From Blastocatellia bacterium (GTDB lineage Bacteria > Acidobacteriota > Blastocatellia > DASRDY01), in the NCBI GenBank assembly GCA_035652355.1, contig DASRDY010000355.1, positions 1 through 39,974 of the forward strand: a stretch of 39,974 nt of DNA, in the 5' to 3' direction. Positions 28,057 to 37,724 of the stretch are shown one piece after another. The notes beneath the pieces are model-generated. The model made no database searches. It was not told the DNA's origin and was given only the letters and a program-made list of their open reading frames with translations. Position 1 is the first letter of the stretch, and each line of letters opens with the position of its first letter. A program made the position numbers and the translations under genes.

Positions 28057-29193
28057 TTACACATCTGATGAACTTTTGCGCTGGAGCGTGAGCAATGTGT
28101 TCACCACATCAAACGCTGCGCGAGGTCGCGCCAGCCGCTTCGCTTGCGCCTGCATGTTTGCGAAGCGATCCTTATCATCAAGCAATCTGTCGATCTTGTA
28201 TGCGAGCGTAGGAAGATTGTTGCAGCGAATCGCCACGCCTTCTTCAAGCAAATGATCCGAGTTGCGTTCTTCCTGGCCGGGTATTGGATTGACTATCACG
28301 AACACTAAACCCCGCGCGAGAGCTTCGCACGTGGTAAGTCCGCCTGGTTTGCCCAGCAGAATGTCCGAAGCCGCCATCAGCTCATCCATCTCTTTCGTAA
28401 AGCCCACGATCTTTAAACCGACATTTTCTGATGGCTTCATCTTATCCAGGTTCGTTTTTAGTTCTTCGTTGCGACCGCAGATGGCGATGATCTGGGCGGG
28501 ATGGCGCAGTTCCAATAACGTTTTGATCAGCGGCTCAATCGGACCTACACCGAGACCTCCGGCGGACAACAGGATTGTTGTCAGGTCGGGCTTCAGTCCG
28601 TGCCTGGAGCGCATCTGCACCCTATCTTTCGGTCTGGCAAAAACCGTATCTATTGGAATCCCGGAAACAGTGATTTTGTCCGGTAAAATTCCAAGTTTTT
28701 CCATATGGCAGCGAGTCTCGTCCAAAGCGACGAAGTAGTGCAAATAATGACGGACTAACCAGAATGCGTGAACATCGAAATCGGTGACTACAATTGCCTG
28801 CGGACAGTTAAGGTTTTCTTTTGCTGAAAGCCACGAGATAATCTCCGCTGGCAGGAAATGTGTGCAGACGGTGATGTCCGGCTGATATTCTTTCAACATT
28901 TTTACAAACGGCCGGGTATTTAATTTATCTAATGCCAGCCGCCGCCGTTCGTTCTTCCACGGTTTATCCATGTGATCGTAAAGCCACCCGAGAAAGTCCG
29001 GCGCTTTGTTCACCGCATCGATGTACGCTTTGGAATAAAGGTTCCTAAAAACTTTATTTGTGAATTGCAGGGTATCGACGTTGCGAACTTCCTCGGCCGC
29101 GTTCGATTCAATGAATGCGTGCTCAATAGCTTCGGCTGCGCGAAGATGTCCAGCACCGGCCGAAGCGGAGAGAATCAGAACCTTTTTGAACAT
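28057..29193 (-). CDS. MGDG-synthase/UgtP-like diacylglycerol glycosyltransferase (GT28 family).
   Basis: The N-terminus KKVLILSASAGAGHLRAAEAIEHAF resembles the UgtP/MGDG synthase N-terminal domain. The C-terminal region is GT-B-like. Confidence 0.75.
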   Translation of the reverse strand: MFKKVLILSASAGAGHLRAAEAIEHAFIESNAAEEVRNVDTLQFTNKVFRNLYSKAYIDAVNKAPDFLGWLYDHMDKPWKNERRRLALDKLNTRPFVKMLKEYQPDITVCTHFLPAEIISWLSAKENLNCPQAIVVTDFDVHAFWLVRHYLHYFVALDETRCHMEKLGILPDKITVSGIPIDTVFARPKDRVQMRSRHGLKPDLTTILLSAGGLGVGPIEPLIKTLLELRHPAQIIAICGRNEELKTNLDKMKPSENVGLKIVGFTKEMDELMAASDILLGKPGGLTTCEALARGLVFVIVNPIPGQEERNSDHLLEEGVAIRCNNLPTLAYKIDRLLDDKDRFANMQAQAKRLARPRAAFDVVNTLLTLQRKSSSDV

Positions 29194-29355
29194 AAATCGA
29201 TCCTTGCTAAATCTAAACTGCCCACGATCATACTATGGTTTCGGAAATCGCTGCTTGTCATTTTCTGTTTTCAGTAAACGATTTCCCGATTCTTATCGTA
29301 CTGGGTTATGATGCAGAGTTAAGACTATCCAGGAACGTTGAAAGCGAGGATTTGT

Positions 29356-29799
29356 ATGTCTCCTGTTGCAAAAGTCGTCATCGGTATAGTTGTGAGTGTC
29401 GTCTTGATCGTCATCGTTTGTGTCGCTCTGGCTGCTTACTGGTTTGTCAGCCACAAGGATCAATTAAGCAAGCAATTTGTCGAAGGCCCTCAGAAGGCTA
29501 TGGACGAGGGAAAGAAATACGGCAGAACAACCGACAATGATGGCTGTGTTGATAAGGCTTTTGAGAAGGAGAAAGAAGACAACAGCTTTGGCTCCGCAAT
29601 CTCGAATGGAGTCTTTTTAAGAAGCTGCCTCGATAACAGTAAATCGACACCAAACTTCTGCGCCAGCGTTCCAAAACCTACCTCAATTCTCGACAGTTCT
29701 ACGTGGTTAAAGCAGCAGTGCCAGAAGCGAGCGCCGGGCGATCAATACTGCACTCAACTGTTTCAGCAGGTCCAGCAGTTTTGTTACGTTGGCCATTAG
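29356..29799 (+). CDS. Hypothetical membrane-anchored Cys-containing protein.
   Basis: ATG at 29356 with GAGGA 7 nt upstream. The N-terminal TM is VVIGIVVSVVLIVIVCVALAAYWFV. It contains several Cys residues. Confidence 0.45.
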   Translation: MSPVAKVVIGIVVSVVLIVIVCVALAAYWFVSHKDQLSKQFVEGPQKAMDEGKKYGRTTDNDGCVDKAFEKEKEDNSFGSAISNGVFLRSCLDNSKSTPNFCASVPKPTSILDSSTWLKQQCQKRAPGDQYCTQLFQQVQQFCYVGH

Positions 29800-29948
29800 A
29801 CCGTATTTAAGCGCAAACCAAACAGTCCGAAAACGTATTGAAGAGCTGTGAGCTCGGAAACGGTAGCAAACCGCGTTATTTCCGCTAGAATTCCTGCATA
29901 GATAAAATTCTCTGCCAAGCAGATAAACTTATTTCCGATAGGAGCGCC

Positions 29949-31478
29949 GTGAAACCGAAATACAGCCGCGCGTTGTTAACTGGCCTTACTCTAATCAGTC
30001 TTTTGTTTACGCTGGGATCGCAGGCAAAGCAGGATGCTCCATCGCCGCTGCAAATCGCAGAAGAAGCCTTCAGTAAAGGAGACTATAAAAAAGCGAAAGA
30101 GCAATTTGAGCTGGCTTTTATGAGCGGGACCTCACTCGAGGCAGGAACCGGACTGGCAGAGACTTTGCTGAAACTGGACGATTGGAAAGGCGCCAGAGAT
30201 ACCGCAATGAAGGCGATGCGGATACGATCGACTTCGGCGGACGCAACTGCGATCTATGCCGACGCGCTGTTTCGCGGAGGCGATTTAAATGATGCGGGAC
30301 TGCATTATTTGAGAGCGTTAAGTCTGGATCAGCAAAACGCGCGAGCCCTGGTCGGTTTGGCGGTAATGAAGCTGAGCCGTGGCGAAAACAGTGAAGCTCT
30401 TTCCTACCTGCGCGATGCCATTGCCGCCGCGCCGCAAACCGCGCGTGCCTATTATTGGATGGGAGTCGTTTTTCAAAATGAAGGCCGCTGTTCCGAAGCG
30501 GCTGACGCTTATGAAAAGTTTCTTTCGTTCAAACAGACAGGTTATCCTGAAAATCTTCTGTCGGGCCTGGATGTTTTCGCTATACCCCCGCTTCGTAGTC
30601 TAGGGCAGGCCACCCCATTCGCAGTCTCAGGACCTTCGACGATTTCAATTCCATTCGATTTTTCACAGAACGTCCCCGTTATCACTGCGGTAGCAAATGG
30701 CATTACGGTGAAGCTCCTGGTTGATATGACAATTCAGAACTTCGTCTATTACGATTCAGACTCGATTTCAAAGATAAAAGCAACGAAGTTCACTACTCAT
30801 ATTGCCGAGCACGGCGCTGACCTGGGAATCGGCATTTCGGGCAATCTTCGAGTCGGTGATTTAACTGTCACCAATATCCCTGTCCTTTCCGCGAATCGTG
30901 TCATGCTGGAACAGGATTTAGACAAGAAGCTAACCGGTATTGACGGCGCCATAGGACTGACGTGGCTGCGTTCGTCAGTAGTTACTTTCGATTATCAGAA
31001 TCACACGCTCACGATCTCGCCTCCGTCGTTTGCGGACTCTTCACAAAGACTGATTGCTCCTAAGTTAAATGGCGCAGCGCCAAAGGTTTCTCTTCGGTTG
31101 CCATTCCAGTTGATTAACGGGAAGATTGTGTTACCTGCTTCAATAGGGGATACCAACATATCGGTGCTGCTTGCCACAGGGCAGGTTAATTCAACCGTCT
31201 CCGCCGATTTCGCGAACAATAACTTCAAACCCGAAGAGATAGTGAAAAGCGGCGATGCAAATTACGTTAAGAGCATGGTTCTGAATTTCGGCGGCCAGGA
31301 AATCGCTTCACCGAATGTCGATATATCCCAGAAGCTGGACGATGTAAGCAAGAGGACCGGAGTTCAGTTCGGCGCGGCGTTAGGCCAGCAGTTTTTACGC
31401 AACCTGTCAAAACTGTCCGTCGATTTCGCGAATATGATCGTGACATTCGAAATCGATCAGTCAAAACCCGCGAAATAA
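29949..31478 (+). CDS. Secreted TPR-repeat protein with a C-terminal domain of unknown function.
   Basis: GTG start with AGGAG 5 nt upstream. It has a signal peptide. TPR-like helices include AEEAFSKGDYKKAKEQFELA, YYWMGVVFQNEGRCSEAADAYEKF and others. Confidence 0.7.
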   Translation: MKPKYSRALLTGLTLISLLFTLGSQAKQDAPSPLQIAEEAFSKGDYKKAKEQFELAFMSGTSLEAGTGLAETLLKLDDWKGARDTAMKAMRIRSTSADATAIYADALFRGGDLNDAGLHYLRALSLDQQNARALVGLAVMKLSRGENSEALSYLRDAIAAAPQTARAYYWMGVVFQNEGRCSEAADAYEKFLSFKQTGYPENLLSGLDVFAIPPLRSLGQATPFAVSGPSTISIPFDFSQNVPVITAVANGITVKLLVDMTIQNFVYYDSDSISKIKATKFTTHIAEHGADLGIGISGNLRVGDLTVTNIPVLSANRVMLEQDLDKKLTGIDGAIGLTWLRSSVVTFDYQNHTLTISPPSFADSSQRLIAPKLNGAAPKVSLRLPFQLINGKIVLPASIGDTNISVLLATGQVNSTVSADFANNNFKPEEIVKSGDANYVKSMVLNFGGQEIASPNVDISQKLDDVSKRTGVQFGAALGQQFLRNLSKLSVDFANMIVTFEIDQSKPAK

Positions 31479-31482
31479 GGCT

Positions 31483-33900
31483 CTACTCATATCGAAGCGC
31501 GATCATCGGGTCGACTTTGGTTGCCCTCCGGGCTGGTACAAAGACTGCCAATAATGCGACGAGACTAAGGATTGCAGATACTCCAAAGACCGTTTGTGGA
31601 TCAGTGCTGCTGACGCCGAACAGTAACGTGGTCATAACGGAATGCAGGCCTAGTGCTCCTATCAACCCCAATCCCACACCTATCAGAACCAGGCTCATTC
31701 CCTGTCCGATGACAAGTGCCAGAACTTTGCTTGCCTGAGCCCCAAGCGCCATTCTGATTCCAATCTCGTGTGTTCGTTGCGATACGGAATAGGCCATCAC
31801 GCCATAGATTCCGACTACCGCGAGTATCAGGGCAATCGAAGCAAAAATGCCGAGTAACATCATCGTGAACCTTTGAGGTTTAATCGACCCGGTTAATCTA
31901 TCCTCCATTGTACGGACGTTGAATACAGGTTGATTGGGATCCGCCGCCTTAAATACGTCCCGAATCATCGGAGCAAGCCTCTGCGGATCATCCGCCAGGC
32001 AGACAGCGACTAAATGATTAGCGTAAGTGTTTGGGTTCTGGGTGTAGGGCGCGTATATTTCCAGAGGCTCCTCGGCTTCAAGACTCTCGAATTTCATATC
32101 TCCAACGACTCCGACAATCTCTCGTCCGCCCTTTTCGACGGGCACGCCAGCAAATGCAATATGACGTCCCAAAGGACTCTCATTGGGAAAATAACGTTGC
32201 GCCATTTTTTGATTTATGATCGCAACCGGGTGCGAGTCCGCGCCATCGCTTTCATTAAACTCGCGCCCAAGCAAAAGCGGAATACCCATCGTTTTGAAAT
32301 AACCGGGCATCAAACGCTGATCATGCGCGCTGAGGCTCTCGTCGGGGTCTTCGGGTCGTCCCACAATTACGAAAGATGTTGTTGTAATTGAGCCCTGGAA
32401 CGGCAGTTCGTTTGTCGCCCCGACAGATCGCACTCCTGGCAAGACAGACAGGCGCTGTAATATGTCTTTAGCGAAGGCCACTCGCTGATTGCTATCGTTG
32501 TACCTTGGCTGAGACATCGTGAACTGCATCGTCAGGACGCCTTCAGGCCTAAAGCCCGGATTGATATTAGATAGCTTCAAGAAACTCTTTATTAAGAGAC
32601 CGGCGCCAATCAGCAGGACCAATGCGACAGCAATCTCTGAGACAACCAGCATATTCCGCAGCCATTGCCGGCGAAATCCGACGGCCGAGCTGCGCCCTGA
32701 CTCCTTAAGAGTCTCCTGCAGGTTCGTTGTCGACGCCTGTATGGCGGGCGCAAGACCGAATACTATCCCGCTCAGAACAGCGGCAGCGAAAGTGAACCCT
32801 AAAACGTAATGATCAATACCTATCTGATTTATCCGGGGTATATTGCCGGGAGTGATCCTTGTCAGCAGCGATGTTGCCCACAACGATAATAATAAGCCCA
32901 GTCCGCCACCGGTAAGGGATAAAACCATGCTCTCGGTAAGAAGCTGTCTGATCAATCTCCAGCGACTGGCTCCAAGCGCCGTTCTGACCGCAATCTCTTT
33001 TTTCCTGGACGCCGTTCGGCTCAGCAATAAATTTGCGACATTAGCGCAAGCGATCATTAATACTAATCCCACCGCGGCAAACAGGATTATCAACGCTGGT
33101 CGGATGTTCTTTACCATCTGATCATGCAGGCCGATTATGTAAACGCCGGTGTATTTGTTATTATTGGGATGTTCCTCTGACAATTGTTTCGCTACGTTAC
33201 TTAAATCTGTCTGTCCCTGACTAACGGTGACTCCAGGCTTCAATCGACCGACCATCGACAGGTAATGGTTTCCCCGAGTTTCTTTGCTGAGATCGAGAGC
33301 CAATGGGATCCACATTTCAGCGCTATTGGGAAATTGAAAATCACGGGGCATGACTCCGATGACAGTGTATTTCTCCGTGTTGACTATGATCGATTGTCCG
33401 ACGATCTTTTCATCCGAGCCAAAACGTCGTTGCCATAGACCGTAACTCAGAACTACCTCGTGATTATTTCCAGGGTTATCCTCATCCGCAGTAAATGTTC
33501 GGCCGATGGCAGCGCTGGACCCGAGCACTCTAAAGAAATCCGCCGAAACTGAATAAGCGACTAAACGCTCCGCCAAATCGCCGCCTGTCAAACTCAAATT
33601 CGAGCCTTTATAAGCCGACATGCACTCGAAACTTTTGTTCAGTTGTTGCCAATCGGTAAAGTTGTAGGGAGAAATGGACCCATCTTTCTCGCCGGTTCTC
33701 AGGTTCGCTTCCGATACCTGCATTATTCTTTCAGGATGATCATACGGGAGAGGCTGCAACAGGACCGTGTTTACCACGCTGAATATCGAGGTATTCGCCC
33801 CGATGCCGAGCGCCAGAGTAATTAAGGCAACCACTGTAAAACCCGGTCTTTTTATCAGCATTCGTAACGTGAATTTAAGATCCTGAAATAACGTTTCCAT
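31483..33900 (-). CDS. ADOP-family permease with duplicated FtsX domains (MacB-like).
   Basis: The N-terminus [53 protein letters not shown] is the ADOP hallmark. It has two FtsX 4-TM modules with large periplasmic domains. The start was set at the ATG at 33900 with GGAGGA 6 nt upstream; the ORF track starts it at 33945. Confidence 0.85.
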   Translation of the reverse strand: METLFQDLKFTLRMLIKRPGFTVVALITLALGIGANTSIFSVVNTVLLQPLPYDHPERIMQVSEANLRTGEKDGSISPYNFTDWQQLNKSFECMSAYKGSNLSLTGGDLAERLVAYSVSADFFRVLGSSAAIGRTFTADEDNPGNNHEVVLSYGLWQRRFGSDEKIVGQSIIVNTEKYTVIGVMPRDFQFPNSAEMWIPLALDLSKETRGNHYLSMVGRLKPGVTVSQGQTDLSNVAKQLSEEHPNNNKYTGVYIIGLHDQMVKNIRPALIILFAAVGLVLMIACANVANLLLSRTASRKKEIAVRTALGASRWRLIRQLLTESMVLSLTGGGLGLLLSLWATSLLTRITPGNIPRINQIGIDHYVLGFTFAAAVLSGIVFGLAPAIQASTTNLQETLKESGRSSAVGFRRQWLRNMLVVSEIAVALVLLIGAGLLIKSFLKLSNINPGFRPEGVLTMQFTMSQPRYNDSNQRVAFAKDILQRLSVLPGVRSVGATNELPFQGSITTTSFVIVGRPEDPDESLSAHDQRLMPGYFKTMGIPLLLGREFNESDGADSHPVAIINQKMAQRYFPNESPLGRHIAFAGVPVEKGGREIVGVVGDMKFESLEAEEPLEIYAPYTQNPNTYANHLVAVCLADDPQRLAPMIRDVFKAADPNQPVFNVRTMEDRLTGSIKPQRFTMMLLGIFASIALILAVVGIYGVMAYSVSQRTHEIGIRMALGAQASKVLALVIGQGMSLVLIGVGLGLIGALGLHSVMTTLLFGVSSTDPQTVFGVSAILSLVALLAVFVPARRATKVDPMIALRYE

Positions 33901-34181
33901 TATCAGTCCTCCGTACGCGTTAACATTTCCTGATTTTCGCCGCAAGGGTCCGGCATAGTCTGACCAACAACCGTGCCACTGCTGAGCTCCCGTTTAACCC
34001 TTTACTATCAAGGGGTTAAGCGGATCCGCAACCGGAATTAGTTTCGCGGAGGTGCCCGTTTCTGGGAAAAAATTTTCCCGCTACTGAAAAGTGTCAGAAT
34101 CGAAAGTGTCACAGTCAGGTCCAACTGTTTTGTCACGGTTTTACAATTGATGTTGACGAGGCGTGGTCATGGATTATTCAA

Positions 34182-36734
34182 ATGAAGCGTGAGACTCTAC
34201 TGAGTTTTCTGGATGATTGCATTGCGTTTGGTGATGCCACCGCAGTCGTGCGCAAAGTTGGAGTCAGATTCACTCAGTGGTCGTATAAAGACCTGTCAAC
34301 GTTGGCCTATCGAATCTCTCGCGAGCTGGAACAAAGAGACATCAACAAGGGAGACCGGATTATTCTGTGGAGTCAGAACGGTCCGGAATGGCTTGCAACA
34401 TTCTATGGCTGTATGTTGCGCGGAGCTATTCTGGTTCCGATGGATGTACAGAGTACCCCTGATTTTATCAGAAGCGTTAACGCGCAAGTCAGGCCCAAAC
34501 TGATAGTAACAGGAAACGGACTGAAGTCGGGCTTCGACTTTCAAAACTGCGTCGAGCTCGCACATTTCATCGAAAGCGCGAACAAAAGATCTGGCGAGCC
34601 GTTCAAACCTTCGAACATCCAAAGCGATGACTTGATCGAGATAGTATTTACCTCAGGAACGACGTCCGAACCCAAGGGCGTATGTCTTTCTCATCATAAT
34701 GTCCTTGCGAATCTGAACCCAATCGAAAACGAGATCGCAAAGTATCGTAAATGGGAGCGATTCGTACATCCCGTCAGGTTTCTGAATCTGGTTCCGTTCA
34801 GTCACGTCTTTGGCCAGATCATGGGAATCTTTATTCCTGTGCTGCTTGGTGGCGAGATTGTGCTGCAGGAATCGCTGAATCCCTCAGAGATAATCGAAAC
34901 AACAAAGAGAAACCACGTCTCTGTAATAGTTGCGGTGCCACGAGTACTGGAAACGTTGCGAGAAAAGATCAAACGGGATTACGCGTCCCGCAATCAGACC
35001 GAGAAATTTGAGCGCGAGCTTGAGGCGTCTGAATCATGGAATCCACTGAAACGCTGGTGGAGGTTTCGCCGGATTCATCGCCAGTTTGGATTGAAGTTCT
35101 TCGGGTTTGTCAGCGGAGGAGCAACGCTTCCCACAGAGATCGAAACATTCTGGGATCATCTGGGATTTGCCGTGATTCAGGGCTACGGCATGACAGAGAC
35201 CGCGTCGTTGATAAGCGTAAACCATCCGTTTGGAAAGAGTCGGGGGTCAATCGGCAAAGTACTGCCTGGCCAGGAGGTGCGGCTGTCCGATACCGGGGAG
35301 GTGACGGTTCGCGGGGACAACATTTCCCGGGGGTACTGGAACGCATCCGAGCAAGCGGCGCAATCGAATGGTGACTGGCTTCATACCGGCGATATTGCGG
35401 AACGAGACGAAAAAGGAAATCTGTTTTTCCGCGGACGGCAGAAAGACGTTATCGTTACTGCGGCAGGACTGAATGTGTATCCGGAAGACCTCGAAGCTGC
35501 CCTGTTGAAGCAACCGGAAATTCGAGACGCATCGGTGATCGGAGTCGATGGACCGAAGGGACCGGAACCGCTGGCGGTGATTATCCCTCGCAATGAAACG
35601 TCGGAAATTGAACAAGCGATTAAAAGTTCGAACGATATCCTGGCTCCACATCAACAAATTCGCCGGTGGCATGTTTGGCCAGAACCTGATTTCCCGAGAA
35701 CGGCTACCCTGAAAGTGGTTAAGCGAGAATTGGCAAGGAGGATTCAGTCAAAGCCAGCATCACTGACACCGGGGAATTGTCAGGATCAAGTCCTGGCCGA
35801 AGTGATAGGTAAAGTCGGTGGCGAGATCAATGGTGAGCTTTCACCATCGGCAAACCTGACAACTGATTTGAAACTGGATTCCATTGGTCGCGTTGAACTG
35901 CTGAGCGCACTGGAAGATCGTTATCAGATCGAACTTGATGACTCTGCCTTTACGGCAGCAACAACTTTCGGGGACGTTGAGAGGCTAATTCGCGAAAGTC
36001 AAAGCGACGAAACAAAATATTATCCATATCCAAAATGGGCTCTGGGTTTTCCCGCGACCTGGATTCGGCCGTTAGCTCTCTATCTGCTGATATTTCTGCC
36101 GACAGCGATACTGGGCTGGCCGAAAATTCGCGGTAGAGAAAATCTTCGAAATGTAAAAGGACCCGTACTGTTTGTTTCGAATCATATCGCGCGAGTCGAT
36201 CAGGGACTGATTCTCTTCGCTCTGCCTTTGCGATTCAGTCATCGGCTTGCAATTGCAATGGACGGAGAGATGCTTCGCGGCTGGCTTCGTCCGTCGCCCG
36301 AAACGGGATTTTTCTCACGCGTCCTTTGGCAAGTCGTATATGTGCTGGTAGTTACGTTCTTCAATGTCTTTTCGCTGCCAAAAGCAGGGGGCTTCAGGAA
36401 GAGTTTTGCCTACGCTGGAGAAGCTATGGATCGTGGTTATAACGTTCTTGTATTTCCCGAAGGCATCCGTGCCGACCATGATCAAATGAATCCCTTCAAA
36501 AGTGGGATTGGAATATTGGCAAAGGATTTAGATGCCACCATAGTTCCAATAAGGATCAAAGGATTGGCAGATTTGAAAAGCCGCAGGAAACACTTTACAA
36601 CTCCAGGACGAATATCGGTTTTCTTTGGGGAACCAGTACATTATCACGAAGATGTGGACGCGGCCGGTATTACTCGAGATTTAGAGAATCGAGTGAAATC
36701 ATTAGGTGACCACAGCTTTATATCTAAACAATAG
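34182..36734 (+). CDS. Tri-domain fusion: AMP-dependent acyl ligase, acyl-carrier (PP-binding-like) domain, and a PlsC-type lysophospholipid acyltransferase.
   Basis: The adenylation motif is TSGTTSEPKGVCLSHHN, with GYGMTETAS. The carrier-like segment is LDSIGRVELLSALEDRYQIELDD. The acyltransferase motifs are SNHIARVDQG (NHxxxxD) and FPEGIRADH (FPEGTR-like). Confidence 0.85.
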   Translation: MKRETLLSFLDDCIAFGDATAVVRKVGVRFTQWSYKDLSTLAYRISRELEQRDINKGDRIILWSQNGPEWLATFYGCMLRGAILVPMDVQSTPDFIRSVNAQVRPKLIVTGNGLKSGFDFQNCVELAHFIESANKRSGEPFKPSNIQSDDLIEIVFTSGTTSEPKGVCLSHHNVLANLNPIENEIAKYRKWERFVHPVRFLNLVPFSHVFGQIMGIFIPVLLGGEIVLQESLNPSEIIETTKRNHVSVIVAVPRVLETLREKIKRDYASRNQTEKFERELEASESWNPLKRWWRFRRIHRQFGLKFFGFVSGGATLPTEIETFWDHLGFAVIQGYGMTETASLISVNHPFGKSRGSIGKVLPGQEVRLSDTGEVTVRGDNISRGYWNASEQAAQSNGDWLHTGDIAERDEKGNLFFRGRQKDVIVTAAGLNVYPEDLEAALLKQPEIRDASVIGVDGPKGPEPLAVIIPRNETSEIEQAIKSSNDILAPHQQIRRWHVWPEPDFPRTATLKVVKRELARRIQSKPASLTPGNCQDQVLAEVIGKVGGEINGELSPSANLTTDLKLDSIGRVELLSALEDRYQIELDDSAFTAATTFGDVERLIRESQSDETKYYPYPKWALGFPATWIRPLALYLLIFLPTAILGWPKIRGRENLRNVKGPVLFVSNHIARVDQGLILFALPLRFSHRLAIAMDGEMLRGWLRPSPETGFFSRVLWQVVYVLVVTFFNVFSLPKAGGFRKSFAYAGEAMDRGYNVLVFPEGIRADHDQMNPFKSGIGILAKDLDATIVPIRIKGLADLKSRRKHFTTPGRISVFFGEPVHYHEDVDAAGITRDLENRVKSLGDHSFISKQ

Positions 36735-36764
36735 GGTATAATAGAAGCAAGAGCAGGGGATTAT

Positions 36765-36962
36765 ATGGAAAGAACCCGGGAAATCGCCAAAGTTGTAACC
36801 AAGCTACCTATTGATGATGTTAAAACCGATTTCGCTTATTGGCAAACCCGTTCCTGTCAGGAGCGCCTGGAAGCATTAGAGCAAATTAGACGCGAATATA
36901 ATATTTGGAAATATAATGTTGAGCCAAGACTTCAGAGAGTTTATCGAATCGTTAAAAGATAA
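36765..36962 (+). CDS. Small hypothetical ORF, 65 aa, overlapping the next gene by 47 bp in another frame.
   Basis: ORF only. It may be an antitoxin-like partner, or the N-terminal part of a frameshifted gene. Confidence 0.3.
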   Translation: MERTREIAKVVTKLPIDDVKTDFAYWQTRSCQERLEALEQIRREYNIWKYNVEPRLQRVYRIVKR

Positions 36963-37359
36963 TGACGTTCGCTATCTGATTGTCGGCGGTTACGCGGTAG
37001 CGATCCATGGTTACCCACGTTATACGAAGGATATTGATATCTGGGTCGAACACGATCCAGAAAATGCTAAGCGACTCATAAAATCGATTGTACAGTTCGG
37101 ATTCGGAGCACTTGGTCTACAGGAGAAAGATTTTCTTACTCCCGGTCAAGTTGTACAACTCGGTTACCCGCCAAATCGAATTGATATAATCGGTTCACTG
37201 TCAGGCGTTGATTTCAATGATTGTTATGAACGCAGGCTTAAGGTGACAATCGATAACCTGGAAATAGACTTTATAGATATTGAGAGCCTGAAAAAGAACA
37301 AGAAAGCCTCTGGCAGGTTTCAAGACCTTGCTGATTTAGAAAATCTGGGCGGAATCTAA
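36916..37359 (+). CDS. Small nucleotidyltransferase-fold protein (MNT/AbiEii-like GG...DxD motif).
   Basis: VRYLIVGGYAVAIHGYPRYTKDIDIWVE carries the GG...[ST]xDxD signature of minimal polymerase-beta-type nucleotidyltransferases. Confidence 0.5.
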   Translation: MLSQDFREFIESLKDNDVRYLIVGGYAVAIHGYPRYTKDIDIWVEHDPENAKRLIKSIVQFGFGALGLQEKDFLTPGQVVQLGYPPNRIDIIGSLSGVDFNDCYERRLKVTIDNLEIDFIDIESLKKNKKASGRFQDLADLENLGGI

Positions 37360-37370
37360 GAAGTTGATGT

Positions 37371-37646
37371 TTGTTTATGCTTTTTATGGTTATTGAAACC
37401 TTCAAAAACGGAGACGCTCGACCGGTTTATGATCGTTTCAACGACAAAGGCCGTCTCGCGCCAGAGGGATTGAACTACATATCAAGCTGGGTAACTACCG
37501 ACTTGAAAAAATGCTATCAAATCATGGAATGCGAAGACCGCCACCTCCTCGAACAGTGGATCGCACAATGGAGTGATCTTGTCGATTTCGAAGTCGTACC
37601 GGTCATTACTTCAGTCCAGGCCGCTGAAATGATGTCGAAGTCTTAG
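37371..37646 (+). CDS. Small hypothetical protein, possibly DUF3303-like.
   Basis: It is 91 aa and starts MFMLFMVIETFKNGDARPVYDRFNDKGRLAPEGLNYISSW. The resemblance to DUF3303 is recalled, not checked. Confidence 0.4.
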   Translation: MFMLFMVIETFKNGDARPVYDRFNDKGRLAPEGLNYISSWVTTDLKKCYQIMECEDRHLLEQWIAQWSDLVDFEVVPVITSVQAAEMMSKS

Positions 37647-37724
37647 TTGTCCTTTCCACCGAACCAGTTTCGCATTATATTAATCGCCCATTTCTGTAGT
37701 CCTTGTCGTTTTCAGGAGCTTCGT

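Noticed and set aside
28262-29540. Plus-strand ORFs (28262-28738, 28972-29277, 29060-29311, 29235-29540) across the GT28 gene and its upstream region.
   Set aside because: They are antisense to the GT28 gene, or overlap the better-supported 29356 start of the downstream membrane protein.
32014-33825. Plus-strand ORFs inside the ADOP permease gene.
   Set aside because: They are antisense to a long ORF carrying the ADOP N-terminal hallmark and two FtsX modules.
34213-35672. ORFs on both strands inside the acyl-ligase fusion gene.
   Set aside because: They overlap an 850-aa ORF with adenylation and PlsC motifs in order.
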